32,000 nt of DNA from Kiritimatiella glycovorans (GTDB taxonomy: Bacteria; Verrucomicrobiota; Kiritimatiellia; Kiritimatiellales; Kiritimatiellaceae), in contig NZ_CP010904.1 in NCBI RefSeq assembly GCF_001017655.1, forward strand, positions 2,760,001 to 2,792,000. Reading direction: 5' to 3'. This document shows positions 1-9,493 of the stretch, piece after piece; position 1 is the stretch's first letter, and every line of letters starts with the position of its first letter. The notes beneath the pieces are model-generated. The model was not told where the DNA came from and did no database searches. It was given only the letters and a program-made list of their open reading frames with translations. The translations under genes were made by a program, and so were the position numbers.

Positions 1-2220
1 ACGCCCGATCTTGTACTCGGCCTGGAGGCGGAGCACGGATGATGCGGAGGCACTCTTCAGAATCATCCGGTACGAATCGCGTGCCTCGCGATAGCGGGCG
101 GGATCGTCCGCCCCCAGCGTGAACTGACAATCGCCCTTGCGGCCCCAGGCCGCGTCGGCGAGGTAGTGGTCCGGATACTCGCGGATCACCTCTTCGAACG
201 CGAGGATGGCCCGCGGAAATTCTCCGAGTTCGGTCAGGGCGTCGCCCTGCGCAAATCGCGCCCCGGGCAGCTGCTCGCTTTCGGGGAACTGCCCGGCCAG
301 CCGGCTGAACAGTTTCACGGCGGCGCGGAATTCGCCGCGGGCCGCGGCGGCACGGCCGGACCAGTATAAGGCGTCATCGACCAGTTCGTGCCCCTCCGCC
401 TGATCGGCGAGCTTTTCGAACGACTCCCGGGCGGCGGCGTAATCCTGGTGGTTGAAGTAGTACTCGCCGATCCAGAAGGTGACCTCCGGCGCCCATGCCG
501 ACTCCGGGAAACGCCGGGCGAACTCGCGGCATATCTCCAGGGCCCGCTCCGGGTTCCCCAGCAGCAGGTGACAGAATCCGCGCATGAAAAAGGCCCGCTC
601 GGCAGCCTCGCTTCCGGGATGCTCATCGCGCACCGCATCGAAGACCTCCAGGGCCTCCTCGAATCGGTTGTGCCGGTACAGAAGCAGGCCGCGCTGTTTC
701 ATGGCCTCCGCCGCCACCGAGGCGTCTTTTGCCGACTCCGCGAGTGCGGTGTAGGTCTCCAGGGCCTTTTCCCAGTCGTTTTTTTCCGACTGAATATCCC
801 CGATGCGCAGACGCGCACGTCCGGCCAGAGGGTGGTCGGGATAGCGTGCCGCCAGCTCCCTGAACCCCTCCAGCGCCTCTTCCCGCGCGCCGGCGCGAGC
901 CGCGGACAGATGGGCCTGATAGAGGGCCTGCGGGACGCGCGGCCCTCCCTGAACCGCCTCGGCGGCTTTGAGGTAGCGCGTCCGGGCTTCTTCGTACTGC
1001 CCGCGCCGGAAGAGGGCATCGCCGGCCTTGAACCAGGCACGGGCGCGCATTTCGGCGCCCTCCAGGGCGCGGGCGGCCTCTTCGAACGCCGGGGTGGCCT
1101 GAGCGTAACGCTGCAGATACCATAGACACCAGGCCTTGTTGTAATAGAGCCGGCCCGCGGGCGCGGAGGTCACGTCCAGCACCGCCTGGTAGGCGTCCAG
1201 CGCTTCGGCGTACTCCTCCCGCGCATAGAGCAGATCGCCGCGCACGGTCTGCAGCTCGGCGGCGATGTTCTTATCGGCGGCTCCGGCGATGGCCTCTTTC
1301 AGGAGGTCCAGCGCCTCGGGCGCCCGCCCCGAGTCCGCAAGAATCTTCGCGCGCAGCTTCCTGAGCCGGAGCCGCTGCGCAGGATCGGCGAACAGCCCGC
1401 CGGCCCGATCGAGCCGGCCCAGGGCCTCCTCGTAACGTTCGGCGCGGCGGTCATCCTCCGCGAGAAAACAGAGCGCCCGGATTCTGCGGCGGGGCAGCCC
1501 GTCCTCGCGGCCGGCCATGGTTGAGAGCGAGGCCCTCGTGGAGTCGTTCAGACGCGCATCTTCCTGGCGCAACTCGAGCTCCGCCAGCAGAAGCAGGGCC
1601 TCGCGCGCTTCCTCCCGGCCGCTGTACTGCTCCCGCACCTGCTCCAGCACCTCGCGCGCCGGCCCGTAGCGCCCGAGTTCGATGCGGACTTCCGCAAGGG
1701 CGAGGCGGTCTCCGGCCGTCACATCCCCGGAACGGTCGTCAATGAATCCGGCCAGCGTCGCCTCCGCCCGCTCCGTCCGCCCCGCCCGCCGCAGGGCCCT
1801 GAAGCGGAGGCGCCGGGCGTCCGGGAGTCGGCCGGAATCCGCAAGCACGCCGCCGTGCCGGTCCAGACATTCAAGCGCCTCGCCGGGGCGCCCGTCCTCC
1901 AGCAGCGCCGCGGCGCGCCAGTAGGCGGCCTCCGGCGCCACGCCCGCCTCCGCGGCCGCATCGACCGCGGGCAGGTTCTCGAACGCCTGCGCCGCATCCC
2001 CAAGCCCCAGCATCGCCCGCGCGTGCAGAATCCGGAACCGAAGCCTGTCTCCGGCGTCCTCCGCGGTGCGCATCGCTTCGCGCGACTGCCGGGCGGCGAC
2101 GTCGTAGAGCCCGTCCTCCAGCGCCGCGCGGATGCGCCCCTCGCGCGCCGACGGTTCAGCATGCGCGACCGCCGCGGCCGCGAGGATCAACAGAAACAGC
2201 CTGAAGCCCGTGCGGATCAT
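1..2220 (-). CDS. Exported tetratricopeptide (TPR)-repeat protein; 5' complete, C-terminus runs off the left window edge (740 codons visible)
   Basis: Absent from the ORF track because no stop lies in the window. The reverse frame from ATG (complement of 2218-2220) is open to nt 1. I checked the frame by hand at three distant points, and no other ORF is listed in that frame. The N-terminus [23 protein letters not shown] looks like a signal peptide. The body is Ala/Leu/Arg/Glu-rich with recurring TPR-type helix pairs ([79 protein letters not shown]). Its ATG overlaps the uvrA stop (ATGA). Confidence 0.8.
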   Translation of the reverse strand, partial: MIRTGFRLFLLILAAAAVAHAEPSAREGRIRAALEDGLYDVAARQSREAMRTAEDAGDRLRFRILHARAMLGLGDAAQAFENLPAVDAAAEAGVAPEAAYWRAAALLEDGRPGEALECLDRHGGVLADSGRLPDARRLRFRALRRAGRTERAEATLAGFIDDRSGDVTAGDRLALAEVRIELGRYGPAREVLEQVREQYSGREEAREALLLLAELELRQEDARLNDSTRASLSTMAGREDGLPRRRIRALCFLAEDDRRAERYEEALGRLDRAGGLFADPAQRLRLRKLRAKILADSGRAPEALDLLKEAIAGAADKNIAAELQTVRGDLLYAREEYAEALDAYQAVLDVTSAPAGRLYYNKAWCLWYLQRYAQATPAFEEAARALEGAEMRARAWFKAGDALFRRGQYEEARTRYLKAAEAVQGGPRVPQALYQAHLSAARAGAREEALEGFRELAARYPDHPLAGRARLRIGDIQSEKNDWEKALETYTALAESAKDASVAAEAMKQRGLLLYRHNRFEEALEVFDAVRDEHPGSEAAERAFFMRGFCHLLLGNPERALEICREFARRFPESAWAPEVTFWIGEYYFNHQDYAAARESFEKLADQAEGHELVDDALYWSGRAAAARGEFRAAVKLFSRLAGQFPESEQLPGARFAQGDALTELGEFPRAILAFEEVIREYPDHYLADAAWGRKGDCQFTLGADDPARYREARDSYRMILKSASASSVLRLQAEYKIGR

Positions 2221-5057
2221 GTTCGCCGTAACACCTCCCGCAGGTAGCGGCCGGTGTATGAGTCCGCCGATCCGGCGACCTCCTCCGGCGGGCCCGCGGC
2301 CACTACCTGTCCTCCGCCTTCGCCTCCCTCCGGTCCCAGGTCGACAATATAATCGGCGCGCTTGATCACGTCGAGATGATGCTCGATCACCAGCACGCTG
2401 TTGCCCTCGTCCCGCAGCCGCTCGAGCACCTCGAGCAACTTGTGCACGTCGGCGAAATGCAGCCCCGTCGTCGGCTCGTCGAGCAGGTACAGCGTCCTGC
2501 CGGTCGATCGCTTGCTCAGCTCGGTCGCCAGCTTGATCCGCTGCGCCTCGCCGCCGGAGAGCGTGGTCGCCGGCTGCCCCAGCCGGATGTAGCCGAGACC
2601 CACCTCGGAGAGCGTACGGAGTTTGCGCGCCAGCGAAGGCACGGCGGAAAAGAAATCCAGCGCCTCTTCGACGGTCATCTCGAGCACGTCGTTGATGTTC
2701 CGGCCCTTGTAGCGGACGTCCAGCGTCTCTTTATTGTACCGCCGGCCGGCGCACTGCTCGCAGGGGACGTAGATATCGGGCAGGAAGTGCATTTCGATCT
2801 TGAGCATGCCGTCGCCGCGGCAGCGCTCGCAGCGTCCGCCCTTGACGTTGAAGCTGAATCGCCCCGGACCGTATCCGCGCATCTGCGAGGCGGGGAGCTT
2901 CGCGAACAGTCCGCGGATAAACGTGAACGCGCCGGTGTACGTCACCGGATTGCTGCGCGGCGTGCGGCCGATCGGCGACTGATCGATCACGATCAGTTTG
3001 TCGATGGCCTCCAGCCCCTCGATGCCGCGGTGCGCGCCGGGACGCTCCCGCGAGCCGTGGAAGTGACGGTTCAGCGCGCGGCGCAGGATGTCGTCGACCA
3101 GCGTGCTCTTGCCGCTGCCCGAGACCCCCGTCACGCAGGTGAACAGTCCGACCGGAATATCCACATCGACATCCTTGAGGTTGTTCTCGCTCGCCCCGCG
3201 CACGGTCACATACCCCCGTTCCGGCTCGTGGCGGAATTCCGGGACCCCGATCTCGCGTTCGCGGTTGAGGTACTGGGCCGTCGCGGAGGCCGCGACCTCC
3301 CGGAGCCCCTCCGGGTTGCCCTGGTACATGACCTCGCCGCCGTGTTCGCCCGCCCCGGGTCCCAGGTCGATCAGGTGGTCGGCGGAAAGGATCGTCTGCT
3401 CGTCGTGTTCGACCACGACGACGGTATTGCCGACGTCGCGCAGCTCGCGCAGGGTCTCGATCAGCCGCAGGTTGTCGCGCTGGTGCAGACCGATCGAGGG
3501 TTCGTCCAGCACGTAGAGCACCCCCGCGAGCCGGGAGCCGATCTGCGTGGCGAGTCGGATCCGCTGCGCCTCGCCGCCCGAGAGCGTGCCGCTCTCGCGG
3601 TCGAGCGTGAGGTAGTCCAGGCCGACATCGATCAGAAACCGGAGCCGCTCGCGGATCTCCTTCAGAATCTCGCCGGCAATCCGCGCCTCGTGCCCGCTCA
3701 GCTCCAGACCCTCGAAAAAAGCCCCCGCATCACGCACCGGCAGCGCGAGGACTTCACGAATGTTGCTTCCCCCCACCCGGACGGCCAGCGACTCGGGCCG
3801 CAGCCTGGCGCCGTCGCAGTCCGTGCAGTGCTGGCGCGTCATATAGCCGCGCAGCCGCTGGCGCTGATAGTCGCTCTCGGTCTCCTCGTAGCGCCGCCGC
3901 AGGTTGGGCAGCACGCCTTCGAAGGGCTTGGCGTAGCGGTGGTTCCGCCCGCGGCGCCACATGGCGAATTCGATCTCTTCGTCACCCGACCCGTGGAGCA
4001 GGATGGCGTGAAAACGTTCCGGGAGATCCTCGTACGGGGTATCGAGGTCGATCCCGTAATGGTCCGCCAGGCAGCGCAGCAGCCGCTTGTAATAGATAAT
4101 CATCCGCCGCCCCCCGCGCCGCCAGGGGTGAATGGCCTTCTCCAGCGGCACCGACTTGTCGGGAACGACGAGATCTTCGTCGAAGGTAAGCATCGTCCCG
4201 AGCCCGTGACAGGTCGGACAGGCCCCGTAGGGGCTGTTGAACGAGAAGTTGCGCGCGGCGACGGGCGGAAAACTCAATCCGCAGTGCAGGCACGCGTTTT
4301 TCTCCGAAAAGAGCCGCTCCTCCTGTTCGCGCTGCTTCCCGCCGATCCGCGCGGTCATCTGGCCCTCCCCGAGCGCGAGGGCCGTCTCGACGGAATCGGC
4401 GAGCCGGCCGCGTATCCCCTCGCGGATCACGAGCCGGTCGACGACGGTCTCGATGGAATGCTTGCGGCGTTTGTCGAGACGCGGCACCTCGTCGAGTTCC
4501 ACGATCTCCCCGTCCAGCCGCACGCGCACGTAGCCCTGCCGGCGGATTTCGCTGAACACCTCTTCATGCCCGCCCTTGCGCCCCTGGACGAGCGGGGCGA
4601 GGAGAACCGCGCGCGTACCGTCTTCGAGCGCCAGCAGTTGTTCGACGATGTCCTCCGCGGTCTGGCGGGTCACCGCCCGCCCGCACTGCCAGCAGTGCTG
4701 AGTGCCGATGTGGGCGAAGAGCAGCCGGAGGTAATCGTGAATCTCCGTCGTGGTCGCCACGATCGATCGCGGGTTGCCGCCGGCGGTGCGCTGCTCGATC
4801 GAGATCGCAGGCGAAAGACCGTCGATCCGCTCCACCGCGGGTTTCTGCATCTGTTCGAGAAACTGGCGCGCATAGGCGGAGAGGCTCTCGACGTATTTCC
4901 GCTGCCCCTCGGCGTACACGGTGTCGAAGGCCAGCGACGACTTGCCCGATCCGCTCAGTCCCGTGACCACGGTCAGCTTGTTTCGTGGAAGGCGAACGGT
5001 GATGTTCTTCAGGTTGTGTTCCCGTGCCCCATGCACGGCGATGTCCTGCGGCGGCAT
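2217..5057 (-). CDS. uvrA: Excinuclease ABC subunit A (UvrA)
   Basis: 946-aa ORF with two ABC modules. Walker A: GLSGSGKSS and GVSGSGKST. Signatures: [12 protein letters not shown] and [12 protein letters not shown]. Walker B: [11 protein letters not shown] and [11 protein letters not shown]. Zinc-finger cysteines: CLHCG..CPTCHG and [14 protein letters not shown]. An AGGAGA Shine-Dalgarno lies 7 nt upstream of the ATG. Confidence 0.97.
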   Translation of the reverse strand: MPPQDIAVHGAREHNLKNITVRLPRNKLTVVTGLSGSGKSSLAFDTVYAEGQRKYVESLSAYARQFLEQMQKPAVERIDGLSPAISIEQRTAGGNPRSIVATTTEIHDYLRLLFAHIGTQHCWQCGRAVTRQTAEDIVEQLLALEDGTRAVLLAPLVQGRKGGHEEVFSEIRRQGYVRVRLDGEIVELDEVPRLDKRRKHSIETVVDRLVIREGIRGRLADSVETALALGEGQMTARIGGKQREQEERLFSEKNACLHCGLSFPPVAARNFSFNSPYGACPTCHGLGTMLTFDEDLVVPDKSVPLEKAIHPWRRGGRRMIIYYKRLLRCLADHYGIDLDTPYEDLPERFHAILLHGSGDEEIEFAMWRRGRNHRYAKPFEGVLPNLRRRYEETESDYQRQRLRGYMTRQHCTDCDGARLRPESLAVRVGGSNIREVLALPVRDAGAFFEGLELSGHEARIAGEILKEIRERLRFLIDVGLDYLTLDRESGTLSGGEAQRIRLATQIGSRLAGVLYVLDEPSIGLHQRDNLRLIETLRELRDVGNTVVVVEHDEQTILSADHLIDLGPGAGEHGGEVMYQGNPEGLREVAASATAQYLNREREIGVPEFRHEPERGYVTVRGASENNLKDVDVDIPVGLFTCVTGVSGSGKSTLVDDILRRALNRHFHGSRERPGAHRGIEGLEAIDKLIVIDQSPIGRTPRSNPVTYTGAFTFIRGLFAKLPASQMRGYGPGRFSFNVKGGRCERCRGDGMLKIEMHFLPDIYVPCEQCAGRRYNKETLDVRYKGRNINDVLEMTVEEALDFFSAVPSLARKLRTLSEVGLGYIRLGQPATTLSGGEAQRIKLATELSKRSTGRTLYLLDEPTTGLHFADVHKLLEVLERLRDEGNSVLVIEHHLDVIKRADYIVDLGPEGGEGGGQVVAAGPPEEVAGSADSYTGRYLREVLRRT

Positions 5058-5219
5058 CTCATATTCTCCTCGAAAAGGTGCGGTATTGTATCATATCGCG
5101 CTCCGGCACCGGAAGCGAAGACCCTCGCGCAAAGACGGCGTCGGCCCGGAGGTGAACGGAAAGAGACCGGAAGTTTATGCCGGCGTGCGCCGCGCGGAGA
5201 AATGCGTTAGGGTGGCGGC

Positions 5220-5777
5220 ATGCGCATTGTGAGCGGAAAACTCGGGGGGCGGCGCTTCGGCGCGCCGGAGGGTATCCGGCCCACCCAGGAGCGGGTCCGG
5301 GAGGCGCTGTTTTCGTCGCTGGGCGACCGGGTCGAAGACGCGCGCGTACTCGACCTGTTCGCCGGTTCCGGCGCATTCGGACTCGAGGCGTGGAGCCGCG
5401 GCGCGAAGGAAGTCCGTTTCGTGGAGAAAAACGGGCGCGTATTTCAGTCCCTGAACTCCAATCTGGATGCGCTGATTCCCGCAGAGGCGCGGCCGGCGGT
5501 AAAAGCGCACCGATGCTCCGCGGAGCGGTTCCTGGAGACGTGGCAGGGCGCGGCCTTCGACCTGGTCCTCGCCGATCCGCCTTACCGGAAAGCACTCGCG
5601 CAAAAGACCTTGTCCGCACTCTCCCGGACGCCTATGGTCGCCGCGGGTGGCCTGGTGGTGCTCGAAACGGCGGCGGACGATCCGGTGCGGGTGGAGGCGC
5701 CCTGGCGGGCGGTCATGGAGAGGACCTACGGCGACGCCCGGATCACGGTCATCCGCCGAACGGAGGAAATAGCGTGA
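5220..5777 (+). CDS. rsmD: 16S rRNA (guanine966-N2)-methyltransferase RsmD
   Basis: 185 aa. It has the N-terminal [29 protein letters not shown] pattern, the SAM-binding [18 protein letters not shown] motif and the ADPPY catalytic motif. It forms the conserved rsmD-coaD pair with a GTGA stop/start overlap. Confidence 0.9.
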   Translation: MRIVSGKLGGRRFGAPEGIRPTQERVREALFSSLGDRVEDARVLDLFAGSGAFGLEAWSRGAKEVRFVEKNGRVFQSLNSNLDALIPAEARPAVKAHRCSAERFLETWQGAAFDLVLADPPYRKALAQKTLSALSRTPMVAAGGLVVLETAADDPVRVEAPWRAVMERTYGDARITVIRRTEEIA

Positions 5778-6262
5778 AGAGATGCGCCATCTATGCCGGA
5801 ACCTTCGATCCGATCACCGAGGGCCATATCGATGTCGTCCTCCGCGCCGCGGATATCTTCGAGCGCCTCGTGGTCGCCGTGGCCCGCAACGCGGGCAAGG
5901 ATCCGCTGTTCTCTATCGAAGAACGGACCGGGATCGTCCGCGAGGCGGTCGCGGGCATTGAGCGGGTGGAGGTGGACGCCTTCGACGGGCTGCTGGTGGA
6001 GTACGCCCGCGAAAAGGGATGCCGCGTGCTGGTGCGGGGGCTGCGCGCGTTCTCCGATTTCGAGTACGAATTCCAGATGGCGCTGACCAACCGCAAGATG
6101 GCGCCGGATATCGAGACCCTCTTCCTGATGCCCTCGCCGGAGTACAGCTACGTCACCTCGAGCAACATCCGCCAGATCGCCTCGATGGGCGGCTGCACCC
6201 GGCGCTTCGTGCCCGACCCCGTCGCCCGCGCGCTGGAAGCCAAGTTCCGCGCGGCGGAGTGA
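5774..6262 (+). CDS. coaD: Phosphopantetheine adenylyltransferase (CoaD)
   Basis: The recognisable protein starts at GTG 5774 ([21 protein letters not shown], the nucleotidyltransferase T/HxGH motif). A GGAGGA Shine-Dalgarno lies 6 nt upstream. The rest of the 5177..6262 track ORF upstream of this point overlaps rsmD in another frame and is Arg/Gly-rich junk. Confidence 0.93.
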   Translation: MKRCAIYAGTFDPITEGHIDVVLRAADIFERLVVAVARNAGKDPLFSIEERTGIVREAVAGIERVEVDAFDGLLVEYAREKGCRVLVRGLRAFSDFEYEFQMALTNRKMAPDIETLFLMPSPEYSYVTSSNIRQIASMGGCTRRFVPDPVARALEAKFRAAE

Positions 6263-6274
6263 ACAGTTATACGC

Positions 6275-7654
6275 CTATTCCCGGGTACGGGCGGAGAACT
6301 GGAGGACGACCGGCGCGCCTTCGAGACCGAAGGCGGCGCGGAGGCGGTTCGTGAGATACTGGCGGTAGCCGTGACCGACGAGCTTCGGGTCGTTCACGAA
6401 GAAGCGGATGCGCACGGGGCGCGTCCCCGTCTGGACGGCGTAGAAGATCTTGAGCCGACGATTCCCCGACGCGGGCGGGGCGTTGCGCTCGACGGCGTCG
6501 CGAATGACCCGGTTCAGCACGCCGGTCGTGATCTGCGTCTCAACCTGCGCGGCGACGTAGTCGATGGCGTCAAGGCTTTCCCTCACCTCTGCGCCGGTGA
6601 GCGCGGAGACGAACAGAAGCGGCGCGAAATCCAGGAAGGGCACCGCCTTCTTCACCTCGGCGGCGTAGCTCTCGCGGGTCACCTCCGTGCCCTCGGCCAG
6701 ATCCCATTTATTGACGAGGACCAGGATGCCCTTACGCGCTTCGATCGCCTCGGCGGCGATCCGCTTGTCCTGCTTGCGCGGTCCCTCCGTGGCGTCCATC
6801 AGCAGCACTACGACATCGGCGCGCCGGATGCTCTCGGCGGTGCGCATCCAGCCGAACATCTCGACGGCATCGCGGCGCCGCTTCGGATTGCGCACGCCGG
6901 CGGTGTCGATCAGCCGGTAGCGCCGCGCCCCCGCGCCGTCGCCGATCGTGAACGGTACCTCGATGGCGTCCCGGGTCGTGCCGGGGACCTCCGACACGAT
7001 CAGCCGCTCGTCTTCGAGGATCCGGTTGAGGTATGAGGACTTGCCCGCATTCGGGCGTCCCGCCACCGTAACCCGCAGCGCCTCCTCCTCTTCGCGCGAC
7101 GGGATATCCGGCAGCGACGCCGTGACCTCTTCCATCAGGTCGTACAACCCCCGGCCGTGCAGGGCGGAGACGGGGTACACGTGAAATCCCAGCCGCTCGT
7201 ATTCCGCCGCCCAGTCATCGCGGCGCGGATCGTCGGCCTTGTTGGCGGCGACGACCACGGGTCGGCCGCTGCGGCGCAGCAGAGACGCGACTTCTTCATC
7301 CAGGGGCGCAACCGCCACGGTCAGGTCCACGACCAGCACGATCACGGCGGCGTCCTCGATCGCCACCTGCACCTGGTGATGGATGCCGGAGGCAATCTCA
7401 TCGCGGTTACGCGCCGCGTCGACACGCTCCAGCCCGCCGGTGTCGATCAGCTCGAACCGCCTTCCCTCCCAGGAGATCTCGCAGGCCAGCCGGTCGCGGG
7501 TGACCCCCGACATCTCGTGGACGATCGCGATCCGGCGGCCGGCCAGCCGGTTGAAGATCGCCGACTTGCCGACGTTCGGGCGGCCCACGATCGCGACCGT
7601 GTTGCGCGCGGGGGCCGCGCCATCGTGCTGCTGTTCCGTCGTCTGATTATTCAT
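6275..7654 (-). CDS. der: Ribosome-associated GTPase Der (EngA), tandem G-domains
   Basis: 459 aa with two GTPase domains. Domain 1: GRPNVGKS / DTGG / NKAD. Domain 2: GRPNAGKS / DTAG / NKWD. A KH-like C-terminus follows. The ATG lies inside the last codons of mtnA (8-nt overlap). Confidence 0.95.
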   Translation of the reverse strand: MNNQTTEQQHDGAAPARNTVAIVGRPNVGKSAIFNRLAGRRIAIVHEMSGVTRDRLACEISWEGRRFELIDTGGLERVDAARNRDEIASGIHHQVQVAIEDAAVIVLVVDLTVAVAPLDEEVASLLRRSGRPVVVAANKADDPRRDDWAAEYERLGFHVYPVSALHGRGLYDLMEEVTASLPDIPSREEEEALRVTVAGRPNAGKSSYLNRILEDERLIVSEVPGTTRDAIEVPFTIGDGAGARRYRLIDTAGVRNPKRRRDAVEMFGWMRTAESIRRADVVVLLMDATEGPRKQDKRIAAEAIEARKGILVLVNKWDLAEGTEVTRESYAAEVKKAVPFLDFAPLLFVSALTGAEVRESLDAIDYVAAQVETQITTGVLNRVIRDAVERNAPPASGNRRLKIFYAVQTGTRPVRIRFFVNDPKLVGHGYRQYLTNRLRAAFGLEGAPVVLQFSARTRE

Positions 7655-8747
7655 GGTCCGAACACAGTGTTTTGAGTTCTTTTGGGTTCCGGGCGGTGCC
7701 GCGGTCGGTGATCCACGCGCGGATCAGGCCGGCGGGAGTGAGATCGAAGGCGGGATTCCAGACGCCGGCGTTTTCCGGTGCGACCGCAAAGCCGCCGCAG
7801 CGGGTCACCTCCTCCGCGCCGCGCTGCTCGATCGGGATGGCCTCTCCGTCTTCGAGGTCCGGGTCGAAGGTCGAATACGGTGCGGCGACGTAGAACGGGA
7901 TGCCGTGGTGCTGCGCGGCGAGGGCGAGTCCGTAGGTGCCGATCTTATTGGCGACGGTCCCGTCTGCGGCGATCCGGTCGGCGCCGGTGATCACCAGATC
8001 GACCCCCTGTTCGCGCATCAGCGCCGGCGCGGCCCCGTCGCAGAGCACCGTCACGTCGAGCCCCGCGCGTCCGAGTTCCCACGCCGTGAGCCGCGCGCCC
8101 TGCAGCAGCGGGCGGGTCTCGCCGGCATAGACGCTGAGCTTCCATCCCTTTTCGTGAGCCCGATAGAGCGGCGCCGTGGCCGTACCGTAATCGCCGGTCG
8201 CCAGTGCGCCGGCATTGCAGTGCGTCAGCACCCGCGCCCCTGCGTGCAGGAACGGAAGACCGTGTTCGCCGATCGCACGGCACATGCGGATGTCCTCCTC
8301 CAGTATATCCAGGGCCTCCGCGCGCAGCCTCGCATTGAGTTCCTCCGCGTTCGAATCCGGCGCGTCGCCGATCGCCGCCCCGATCACCGCGGTGCAGCGC
8401 CGCAGCGCCCAGGCCAGATTCACGGCGGTGGGGCGGGTTGCTTCGAGCCGCGCGGCCCGCTCACGCAGACTGCGCAGGTAGTCCGCGCCGCCGCTGCGGA
8501 CCGTCTGCATCGCGGCCGCGAGACCGAGGGCCGCGGCGCAGCCGATCGCCGGCGCGCCGCGCACCGCCAGGCGGCGGATGGCGTCCGCGATGTCTTCCGC
8601 GCGCTCGAGGTCGAGATAGACGAGCCGACCCGGCAGCAGGGTCTGATCGATAATCCGCAGTACGCCGGGAGGGACCTCGCCGCCGGCGGCGGGCCGCGCG
8701 GCGAGAATTTCCCCGCTCCGTGTTTTCCATCGCACCGGATCGAGCAT
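7647..8747 (-). CDS. mtnA: S-methyl-5-thioribose-1-phosphate isomerase (MtnA, eIF-2B alpha/beta/delta-like family)
   Basis: 366 aa with family hallmarks: IIDQTLLP, AIRRLAVRGAPAIGCAAALG, GADRIAADGTVANKIGTYGLALAAQHHGIPFYVAAPYSTFD and NPAFDLTPAGLI. Confidence 0.88.
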   Translation of the reverse strand: MLDPVRWKTRSGEILAARPAAGGEVPPGVLRIIDQTLLPGRLVYLDLERAEDIADAIRRLAVRGAPAIGCAAALGLAAAMQTVRSGGADYLRSLRERAARLEATRPTAVNLAWALRRCTAVIGAAIGDAPDSNAEELNARLRAEALDILEEDIRMCRAIGEHGLPFLHAGARVLTHCNAGALATGDYGTATAPLYRAHEKGWKLSVYAGETRPLLQGARLTAWELGRAGLDVTVLCDGAAPALMREQGVDLVITGADRIAADGTVANKIGTYGLALAAQHHGIPFYVAAPYSTFDPDLEDGEAIPIEQRGAEEVTRCGGFAVAPENAGVWNPAFDLTPAGLIRAWITDRGTARNPKELKTLCSDHE

Positions 8748-8797
8748 ATAGTTCGGCCTTGTTGTTCCGTGATGGCGAAAAGGAGAGGATAGATAAG

Positions 8798-9451
8798 ATG
8801 GACGAGGCGGGACAAGCTAAAGCGGAGGTGGCGCGCTTCACGAAGCGGCTCTACGAAGAGGGCCTGATCACCGTTTCCGGGGGAAACGTCTCGATGCGGA
8901 TCGATGCGGACCGGATCGCCATCACCCCCTCGGCGGTCGATAAAGGCGCGCTGGACGCGGCGCAGATCGGCGAACTCGGCATGGACGGCGATATGCGCGG
9001 CGGGGGACTCAAATCGAGCATTGAAACCGGGATGCACCTGGCCATTTATCGCCGCGCTCCGGAGACCGGCGCGATCGTCCACGCCCATCCGCCGTACGCC
9101 TCGGTCTTCACTGCGATCGACCGCGAGCTGGATACCACGCTGATCGCGGAGTCGTACGCGATCCTGGGCCGGCCGGCCTTCGCGCCGTATGCGATTATGG
9201 GTTCGCCCGAACTCGCGGAGCAGGTTGCCGCCTGCGCGGAACAGGCCGCCTGCATTTTGATGGAACAGCACGGCGCGCTGGCGCTGGGGCGCGACCTGAC
9301 GGAGGCCTTCAACCGCGTGGAGGTGCTCGAACATACGGCGCGCATCAACCTCTACGCCGCCCTGCTCGGCGGCGCGCGGAAACTCGACGACGAAAGACTC
9401 GCCGCGCTCGATGCGCTTATGGGGCGCATCCCGCTGAAAGACCGCGAATGA
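8798..9451 (+). CDS. Class II aldolase/adducin-family protein (MtnB/Ald2/FucA-like)
   Basis: Start placed at ATG 8798 (MDEAGQ), preceded by an AGGAGAGG Shine-Dalgarno at 8781-8788; the track ORF begins earlier at 8720. Motifs: SGGNVSMR, the metal/catalytic residues SIETGMH, VHAHPPYA and EQHGALALG. It is divergent from mtnA across only 50 bp. Confidence 0.8.
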   Translation: MDEAGQAKAEVARFTKRLYEEGLITVSGGNVSMRIDADRIAITPSAVDKGALDAAQIGELGMDGDMRGGGLKSSIETGMHLAIYRRAPETGAIVHAHPPYASVFTAIDRELDTTLIAESYAILGRPAFAPYAIMGSPELAEQVAACAEQAACILMEQHGALALGRDLTEAFNRVEVLEHTARINLYAALLGGARKLDDERLAALDALMGRIPLKDRE

Positions 9452-9493
9452 AGTTCTCGGAAAACTCAAAAGCCTTCCATGAGGAGTACCCCC

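Noticed and set aside
2376-5210. 944-aa ORF on the + strand
   Set aside because: It is exactly antisense to uvrA. Its product is Arg/Gly/Ala/Val/Leu-rich with no motifs. This is the typical stop-codon-poor shadow frame of GC-rich coding DNA.
5058-5219. SOS (LexA) box upstream of uvrA
   Set aside because: I looked for CTGT-N8-ACAG-type or TGTTC-N4-GAACA-type palindromes in the uvrA/rsmD spacer and saw none. Only a TACAAT-like hexamer is present, which is too weak to report.
5177-5773. Upstream extensions of track ORFs: 5177.. for coaD, 22165..22878 for addA, 29629..29880 for cdsA, 10344..10484 for the DUF456-like gene, 8720..8797 for the aldolase and 14713..14766 for the transposase
   Set aside because: The extensions overlap the preceding gene in another frame or lack protein-like sequence. 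Internal starts have Shine-Dalgarno motifs and match the conserved family N-termini.
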